Origin: Infirmifilum sp.
Lineage (GTDB): Archaea > Thermoproteota > Thermoprotei > Thermofilales > Thermofilaceae
NCBI GenBank assembly: GCA_041287245.1
Contig: JBEULP010000117.1
Coordinates: forward strand, 224,001 to 288,000
DNA length: 64,000 nt
Reading direction: 5' to 3'
Positions 57,877 through 64,000 of this stretch are shown here, one piece after another (position 1 is the first letter of the stretch; each line of letters opens with the position of its first letter). Made by a program: the position numbers and the translations under genes. The notes below the pieces were generated by a model that was not told the DNA's origin, ran no database searches, and worked only from the letters and a program-made list of their open reading frames with translations.

Positions 57877-58668
57877 TTATTTCTTTTCCTCCTCGCCTCT
57901 AAGGAGTTGTTCAAGCTCCTTCCTTGTTTCTTCTTGCAGCTTCTTAATTTCCTCAATTTTACTTCTTACCTTTTCAAGCCAATCCCTACTTGACTCTATG
58001 CCCTTGTGAACAAAGAAGGCAATCCCCTCGTTCCGACTCTTAAAAATCCCAGCCTCAACCAAAAGGTCAATCACGTTCAAGTCAGCCTGCGGCAATCTAA
58101 CAGAGGAAATAATTGTAGAGGGAGTTTTAGACCATAACCCAGAAAGTGCGTCACGAATAATCCTGTCTACCTCCCGTAGAGCCTCGTCGACAATACGCGC
58201 CTCTTCTTTAATAAACCTAATATTGCCCCCTTCCCCCGTTGAAACAGTAATAATGGGAGTTCTTCTTCTCTCTTGTTGCTCGCTCAAGGAATCCTTAAGC
58301 CTATCTATCACTTCTTCTATTCGGTCTTCAAGGTCTTCAACCATAGACTCGAAGTCATCTATTGCATCATCTATGTATTCCTCGAGGTTCTCATATGTGG
58401 ACTTATCCTCTGACTCCTTTAGTAGGCTCGAAGCATCCTCAAGAATTCCTCGTAATTTATTTTTCAGCTCCGCTTTTACGCTTTTCAGCTCCCGACGGGT
58501 TTTTCTAGCCTCAGCAAGCTGGGACGAAATTTCCTCGACCCTTTGAAGTGTTGTGCTGCTTGTCTCGAGTGAAGATATTTTTTCCGCGATTACAGATAGT
58601 TTCTGTTGTGCTTCCATGTAGATTTTTTCTGCCTCATCGATTAAACCTTGTATTGTAGCTGACTGCAT
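57877..58668 (-). CDS. Coiled-coil protein with C-terminal ribbon-helix-helix domain
   Basis: Long acidic coiled coil; SSVRLPQADLNVIDLLVEAGIFKSRNEGIAFFV is CopG-type RHH. Confidence 0.75.
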   Translation of the reverse strand: MQSATIQGLIDEAEKIYMEAQQKLSVIAEKISSLETSSTTLQRVEEISSQLAEARKTRRELKSVKAELKNKLRGILEDASSLLKESEDKSTYENLEEYIDDAIDDFESMVEDLEDRIEEVIDRLKDSLSEQQERRRTPIITVSTGEGGNIRFIKEEARIVDEALREVDRIIRDALSGLWSKTPSTIISSVRLPQADLNVIDLLVEAGIFKSRNEGIAFFVHKGIESSRDWLEKVRSKIEEIKKLQEETRKELEQLLRGEEEKK

Positions 58669-58674
58669 ATGTAA

Positions 58675-58700
58675 TGTATCAATACAAATCTATTTAAATT
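58675..58700 (-). promoter_or_regulatory. Promoter of the RHH gene with palindromic operator candidate
   Basis: TGTAT-ca-ATACA inverted repeat 58675-58686 between a TTTAAATA box (58691-58698, minus strand) and ATG 58668. Confidence 0.45.
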
Positions 58701-58870
58701 TTTTACCGGGAAACACCCTTAACATGAGGAAAAAGTAGTGGAAGCGTACGTACAAGAAGAGTTTTTCGACGAGAGAAATGGGTGGAATATGGCAAAGGTG
58801 GAGATTCCACTTCATAATTATGGCAGGGTGTTCTTCAGAGTTGGAAAAAAATATATTGTCTCGGCTAGCT

Positions 58871-59146
58871 TCAAAGAAGGGAGATAATCTCTATCTCTAA
58901 TACAGGGATCATCTTTTCTTCAGCTTCCTCTCCAACTTCCTCGCTGTAAAGTTTGATTTCTCCATATTTTATCTTATTACCGGTCATTTTCTTAACGCTC
59001 TCCGCGATCCCAGCGGCTTTTGAGATATTGGGTCCTCGGGCTTTCAAAATTATTTTCTCCCTTCCCTTTTTGAGGAGGGTCAAAATTTCAACAATATAGC
59101 CACTAGCCGGCTTTTCACCTATGTAGATAATCTCCTGAGTAGACAT
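58871..59146 (-). CDS. albA: Alba family DNA/RNA-binding protein (divergent paralog)
   Basis: IYIGEKP...Y, IILKARGPNISKA, IEIxL-type C-terminal strand. Confidence 0.88.
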   Translation of the reverse strand: MSTQEIIYIGEKPASGYIVEILTLLKKGREKIILKARGPNISKAAGIAESVKKMTGNKIKYGEIKLYSEEVGEEAEEKMIPVLEIEIISLL

Positions 59147-59210
59147 TTCAACTCATTTGTTTTATTCAATCCAAATCTATATAATTTTCATGTTAGAAGC
59201 CCCCTGAGGT

Positions 59211-60056
59211 CTAGGAGAGTATAACTAGAAGCCCACCTGGCGTCTTTAAGGTTCTAATGAGACCCCGCTCCTCCAGTCTTCTAATACGTCTGAGGGCTGT
59301 AGTCGAGGGAAGGTCGAGAGCCTCCCTTATATCCTTTAAGTAGGCCTTCCCCCCGCTTTTCTTTAGAAAATCTATAATCTCTTCCTCCTCCTCGGATAGC
59401 ACCGTGTATTTTCTACGCCTAAATACGAACCACAGAACCACAACTAGGATCAGCAGTGCGGTAAAAACACCTGCAACCATCCATGTGAACCCTAATCCTA
59501 GGCCTCCAGGTGTGTTTTGAGTGTGCCCCGTCATCGTACTCATGCCTCCTCCTCCCTCTTCTGTAGATACCTCAAGCAGGCTCAGGGAGAGGTCTGAGTC
59601 GAGCCGCGTGTAGTGTAAAACCGTGAAGCCCCCTTGTTTATTAATGGCGTCTGGTAAGGGCTCGACCCCTAATATCACATAGTCGCTTGACAGGTAAACA
59701 TCTAGGCTTTGATTCCATGCGGGTATAAGAATGAGAGATGGGTCTCCTTCAAATATAGATACGAATGTTACGTTTATAGTATCTCCACCTCGTATTAACA
59801 CAACCAGCGTCGAGTTTGATAGGTTGTATAATGGGACACCCTCGTTCTGGCTGGAGATTATGAAGGATCGAATCTTTCCTACGAGATTAAGCGTGAAGAC
59901 TGTGTCTTCCTGAGAGGAAACTTGAATACTCCCCTGAATGTTTTTGCCAGCAGTGATGATTATCTTCTCCACCCCGGTTAGGGGCTGTGCAGCAGCAAGA
60001 AGAGGACTCAAAAGCAGCAACGCTAAATAAAAAATAATCATCTTCTTCAATTGCAC
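59211..60056 (-). CDS. Membrane-spanning protein with extracellular domain and cytoplasmic winged HTH
   Basis: Signal peptide, beta-rich ectodomain, single TM followed by RRRK, then IIDFLKKSGGKAYLKDIREALDLPSTTALRRIRRLEERGLI. Confidence 0.85.
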   Translation of the reverse strand: MQLKKMIIFYLALLLLSPLLAAAQPLTGVEKIIITAGKNIQGSIQVSSQEDTVFTLNLVGKIRSFIISSQNEGVPLYNLSNSTLVVLIRGGDTINVTFVSIFEGDPSLILIPAWNQSLDVYLSSDYVILGVEPLPDAINKQGGFTVLHYTRLDSDLSLSLLEVSTEEGGGGMSTMTGHTQNTPGGLGLGFTWMVAGVFTALLILVVVLWFVFRRRKYTVLSEEEEEIIDFLKKSGGKAYLKDIREALDLPSTTALRRIRRLEERGLIRTLKTPGGLLVILS

Positions 60057-60095
60057 ATATCCCTGAATAAGGGAGCTATATTTAAGCTTTAAAGG

Positions 60096-62003
60096 TTATT
60101 TCTTGAAGATGTTGGAGAGGAATCTAGCGATGCTGTCTAGGAAAAGGGCGATTCTAATGTAAAGATTTAGGATCCAATCCCGAAGTTCATCCCACAGGCT
60201 TTTGCTCGATGCAGGCTGTGGGCTTGGATTTGTCGAGGCAGTAGCGTTGGCTGGAGTTGACACGGGGCTAGACCCTTGTTGTAAGGCTAAAGAGGTGAAG
60301 TTTTGACCTTTGGCGAGGTCCACCACAAGGCTTCCTAGCTCTGTTGCTAGTTTGAGAAAAGTGAGCTTATCAGTATCAGTGCTGGAATATAGGCTCTGAT
60401 TGTAAAAGTACAGGCTGACGAGATTGTCTTGGTAGTTGGAGGCGATTTCCAACGCCCTCTTAGACGAGACGTCCACGTAAACAGGTGACCCGACTGCCTT
60501 CTCTTGGAAGTCAAGCATGGAGGCTTCTGCAAGCGCGATGCTTCTAGCAGCCGCTATTGCGGCAAGCAAATGATACCCGGAACTGTAAAGAGAGGCAGAG
60601 GCAGCGTAATAAGTATTGGAGAGATCTAGGGTTTGCGAGGAATAACCTGTCTGTGAAAGAACTGAATAAACGTATGGCCATGTGGATCGTGCTATCGAAA
60701 GATAGGTGCTAGCCTCTTTAGAAGCATCGATCGATCCACCTTGTGGGAGCCCCTCAAGCCAGAGTTGAGCCTCATCGAGTAATGCAGAGGCATATGCAAG
60801 GTTTTGAAGAGCTGTTTGCGGGTCAGTGTTCCAGGTAGAAGCTGAAGCATTGAAGAGCCGTGAAGCCCTTATAACAAGGTCTCCTGATATGACGAGATAG
60901 TTGAGTTCTAGGAAGTTTCTAGGATATATATTCTCAGTGAGCCTAGTGTAATTGGCTATCGCGTTTCGCAGGGCGCTAACCTGTGGATCAAGGCTCTTGC
61001 CCTGCGAATAGTCTATAAGAAGCCTAATCCATCTCGCTACGGCGATACCTGAGGTTAGAAGAGGTATTGTTCCAATATTTCTTGGGCTTTTCATAGCAGT
61101 GTCTATGTATGACGAGGCATAACTGTTAAGATAGTTGAGTAAAGCATTTTTTGTGAAGGAGGTCAGGGAGGATTGGTTAACATATGCTTTAGCCTGGGCG
61201 ACCTCACTAAGAGCCTCGCTCTCGAGGATGTCCCACACTCTTTGTATTTTCGCCCTAGCCTCAGTGCTCAGTGTAGGTTGAGCGAAGGTTTTAGGTGGAG
61301 TTTCATATTGGAAGAAGTAGTGGAGGGCATCTTGAATGGTTGAGATTTCGACGACGCGAAGGTTCCAGTTTTTCAAAGCATAGTCTGATAAGTTCAGAGT
61401 GACGGGTTGTGTGGAATACACTTGGAAGGGACCCACGCGGCGTACGACTACTTTATAAGTTGTTACGACGCTTTGCCCCGGAGGCACGAGAAATAGCTTT
61501 ACCCCACTGGACGACATGGCCTGTGCTTTCTCATATACCCCGCCCACAGGTCCCACTGTTCCGTCAGGTGAAATCATCCCCGTGACGGCAATAGTCCTGT
61601 TTATTGGTTTGCCAGTCAAAGCTGAATACACTGCTACTGCCATTGCTACTCCGGCACTCGGTCCTCCAATGATGACTGCGTCGCTCTTCACCTTGAAGTA
61701 AAAGTTATAGTTCTCAAACTTAACGCCTAAGATGTTACATATAACTCGCGTAGCAGTTGTAGCAGCCCCTTGGAAATCTTCCTGGGTTAGCGAGTAAGTC
61801 GATACGTAAACATCTCCCCACCCCCTAGTTACAAAAACGCTTATGTTTGTCGCTGACCCCACATAACCGGCATCTGTCTGGGACACGGCTGGAGCTAGGA
61901 TCCAAGCAGAGCCTACTATTTCCAGTTGGCTATCTGGCGCTGCTTGTAGAGACGGAGCAATGACAAGGAGAATTAAAATTCCTAACGCTAGTACCTTTCT
62001 CAT
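60096..62003 (-). CDS. Secreted/membrane S16 (Lon-like) serine protease without ATPase domain
   Basis: Signal peptide; GGPSAG catalytic Ser, TGMISPDGTVGPVGGVYEK (Lys of dyad); helical C-terminal half; ATG 62003 preferred. Confidence 0.92.
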   Translation of the reverse strand: MRKVLALGILILLVIAPSLQAAPDSQLEIVGSAWILAPAVSQTDAGYVGSATNISVFVTRGWGDVYVSTYSLTQEDFQGAATTATRVICNILGVKFENYNFYFKVKSDAVIIGGPSAGVAMAVAVYSALTGKPINRTIAVTGMISPDGTVGPVGGVYEKAQAMSSSGVKLFLVPPGQSVVTTYKVVVRRVGPFQVYSTQPVTLNLSDYALKNWNLRVVEISTIQDALHYFFQYETPPKTFAQPTLSTEARAKIQRVWDILESEALSEVAQAKAYVNQSSLTSFTKNALLNYLNSYASSYIDTAMKSPRNIGTIPLLTSGIAVARWIRLLIDYSQGKSLDPQVSALRNAIANYTRLTENIYPRNFLELNYLVISGDLVIRASRLFNASASTWNTDPQTALQNLAYASALLDEAQLWLEGLPQGGSIDASKEASTYLSIARSTWPYVYSVLSQTGYSSQTLDLSNTYYAASASLYSSGYHLLAAIAAARSIALAEASMLDFQEKAVGSPVYVDVSSKRALEIASNYQDNLVSLYFYNQSLYSSTDTDKLTFLKLATELGSLVVDLAKGQNFTSLALQQGSSPVSTPANATASTNPSPQPASSKSLWDELRDWILNLYIRIALFLDSIARFLSNIFKK

Positions 62004-62174
62004 ATGCTTATGGGCAAAAAGCAAATTTAAAAAAATTATGTATCTTCAGTCCTAACAATCTCCTGGGTCTTCGTTGTCTGCTAACGTCAAGGCCCGTCGA
62101 TTTTTACCTCTGCACATCCTTTTCCCTGGGAGACAAAACAGAAACTTTTAGAATATCTCTAAGACTTTTAATTA

Positions 62175-62235
62175 GAGGGATGAAGAGGGGACAAAGCGCG
62201 GCTGAAAGCTGACGAGACCGCTACAGGCCGACCTC
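62175..62235 (+). ncRNA. C/D-box sRNA candidate
   Basis: Terminal stem GAGG 62175-62178 / CCTC 62232-62235; C ATGAAGA 62180-62186; D' CTGA 62202-62205; C' TGACGA 62210-62215; D CCGA 62228-62231; guides 15 and 12 nt. Confidence 0.8.
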
Positions 62236-62299
62236 GCTCAAAACACCTTTAATGTCCCCAAACAAAATTTTTAAATAATAAATAAAGGAACTTCAGCAT

Positions 62300-62632
62300 A
62301 TGGCTCAAACTTCTCTAGGGATAGACGAAAAGGTAGAAGGGGCTCTCTCATACCTCTTGTTTTTCGTATCTGGATTGATCATCTTTCTATTGGAGCAAAA
62401 AAGCACATTCGCTAGATTTCACGCGGCACAGTCAACTGTAACCTTTATCTCACTATTTATCCTCACACAGTTCTTCTCGATATTCTACTGGTGGCATTTC
62501 ATAGCATCACTGTTGATCCTACTCACACTAGTTCTCTGGATAGTTGGAATGGTGAAAGCATACCAGGGCGAATGGTATAAGTTCCCCCTGTTCGGGGACT
62601 TGGCCGCATCACTCCTAGGAATACGCATCTAA
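62300..62632 (+). CDS. DUF4870 family membrane protein
   Basis: TSLGIDEKVEGALSYLL, RFHAAQS, KAYQGEWYKFPLFG. Confidence 0.9.
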   Translation: MAQTSLGIDEKVEGALSYLLFFVSGLIIFLLEQKSTFARFHAAQSTVTFISLFILTQFFSIFYWWHFIASLLILLTLVLWIVGMVKAYQGEWYKFPLFGDLAASLLGIRI

Positions 62633-62785
62633 ATCTGTATTAGTATTCCAGACCCATTACACACCCGCTTGTTTCTAATAATCTTAATTCCCGCTAAGAA
62701 ACCAAAAGCTCAAGGTAAGGACTTTCAAGATTTTTTAATTAAACAAAAGCTATAAAGAAGCTTATTTAACAAAGAGAAATAATTT

Positions 62786-63865
62786 TTATGGTCTTGTCCT
62801 TTTTGCAGGAGCCCGGCAAGCGAACCTTGCCTGCAATATTAGCTCATTAAGTTCTTGGGCTGTCTGTATAACCTTTCCCTTGTCTCGGGTCTTTAAAGCC
62901 TCCGTTAAGGCATTAGCAGCGGATAAGAGTTGGTCTGCAAGTGTAGCGTTGCAGGGTCTTATAACGGTGGCTAGTTCCTGAGCAGTTTTAGCAAGATTGG
63001 CGACTCTCTCTGCTTTTGTTAGATACACAAGATACTCATGGTATTCAAACATTGCACTCCTAATCAGCCCTAAAGCCTCGGCATATTTTCCAGAGCTGAT
63101 GAGTTCCTGAATCTTGTTAAGCCATGTCTGAGACCAGTTTCTGAATTCCTCCGCGATTAGGGGGCTAGTTTTCTGAAGCTTCGCATACGTATTACTGAAT
63201 AAGGCCTGTAGGCGAGCGAGATCGCTTGAGACGTTTTTCTGGCGAAGTTCACGGGCAAGAGTAAATATGCTTCTCTCAGCTTCCTTGACTTTTTCCCATG
63301 CCTGATTGACAAGCTGAAGAGCAGTTGCAGTATCATTTGCCTTTAGTTTATCTGATGCCTGGTTTAGAAGGTTTTGCGCATCTGTAAGCAGGCTCGTTAT
63401 GTTAGAGACTTCGACGTTTTTCTGCTGGAATCTTAATGCCAGGTTTTGAATGGCTTTAATCTGGCTTTGAAGAGCCCTAATCTGAGCTTCGAGGCTGCGG
63501 CTAACAAGAGCTTTACGCGCTGAAATAACCTCAGGTACTAGTTTACGCGCTACATCCACGAGCTCTGTCCTTGCCTCCCGTAGGACTTTAAGGCTCTCGT
63601 TATAGTTGCCTGCGCTTGCAAGGTTAGACGCATCAGTGAGTAATGCTTTAGCAACGCTTAGTTGCTGTAAAAGTTCGTTCTGCTTAGTAGTGTTAGTCAC
63701 ACGGGACGTAATGAAGGCTTGAAGCCTATCGATCTCTTTGCTTAGAGCATTGATAAGGATCTGAATTTTCTCAGTTTGAGTAGACTGAGCTTGTATTATT
63801 GTAAACGGATAGAGCAGTAGGAGTGATAGCAGTAGTAGGGCAACTATGTTCTTCATTGTCATCAC
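62786..63865 (-). CDS. Secreted alpha-helical repeat protein of unknown function
   Basis: Signal peptide; repeated amphipathic helices (LLTDASNL / LLTDAQNL); many N-x-S/T sequons. Confidence 0.75.
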   Translation of the reverse strand: MMTMKNIVALLLLSLLLLYPFTIIQAQSTQTEKIQILINALSKEIDRLQAFITSRVTNTTKQNELLQQLSVAKALLTDASNLASAGNYNESLKVLREARTELVDVARKLVPEVISARKALVSRSLEAQIRALQSQIKAIQNLALRFQQKNVEVSNITSLLTDAQNLLNQASDKLKANDTATALQLVNQAWEKVKEAERSIFTLARELRQKNVSSDLARLQALFSNTYAKLQKTSPLIAEEFRNWSQTWLNKIQELISSGKYAEALGLIRSAMFEYHEYLVYLTKAERVANLAKTAQELATVIRPCNATLADQLLSAANALTEALKTRDKGKVIQTAQELNELILQARFACRAPAKRTRP

Positions 63866-64000
63866 CGTTTTAGAAAACTCTCCGGGCGTTATTAAGGTTT
63901 GAAACGGTTTTCAGTGGAATTTTTGTTATTTACAAAAACAGAGATATTTTTAAGCTTTGTAAGTTTTGTGTGAAATAATGATAATGTTATAGGGTCTTCA

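Noticed and set aside
62046..62100. Possible minus-strand C/D-box sRNA (CAGA, ACGAAGA, CTGA)
   Set aside because: C box TCGACGG is too degenerate to support a call, though worth including in a covariance search
1..64000. CRISPR arrays, rRNA, tRNA, transposases, integrases
   Set aside because: No regularly spaced repeats, long GC-rich structured RNA stretches or recombinase motifs seen by eye; a short intron-containing tRNA cannot be fully excluded without tRNAscan-SE

Overview
A gene-dense 64 kb chromosomal segment from a hyperthermophilic archaeon. Gene content (Alba, NurA/HerA, AOR, SOR, Prx6, Lrp regulators, C/D-box sRNAs, TATA boxes about 25 nt before many start codons) points to Thermoproteota, probably Thermofilaceae-like; this assignment is inference. 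Most genes are housekeeping, transport, redox or proteolysis genes. I saw no rRNA, tRNA, CRISPR array or IS element. Main points of interest: (1) a nurA-herA-mre11-rad50 operon whose Rad50-like ATPase has no cysteine at all, so no CxxC zinc hook, and instead carries a two-helix hydrophobic hairpin at the coiled-coil apex, suggesting a membrane-tethered (SbcE/YhaN-like) DNA end-processing machine; (2) a three-gene operon of a PLP enzyme, a DUF1611/DgcN-like protein and a PP-loop/Zn ATPase, with an unlinked Ala-Glu epimerase family gene, possibly an unknown amino-acid modification pathway; (3) a galU-like / membrane / membrane / processive GT2 operon; (4) a CBS plus HPF-like fusion, a candidate ribosome hibernation factor; (5) three C/D-box sRNA candidates missed by the ORF track; (6) a frameshifted HEPN-MNT toxin-antitoxin remnant; (7) two genes that appear to need non-canonical start codons. 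All family assignments come from motif recognition by eye, not from database searches.
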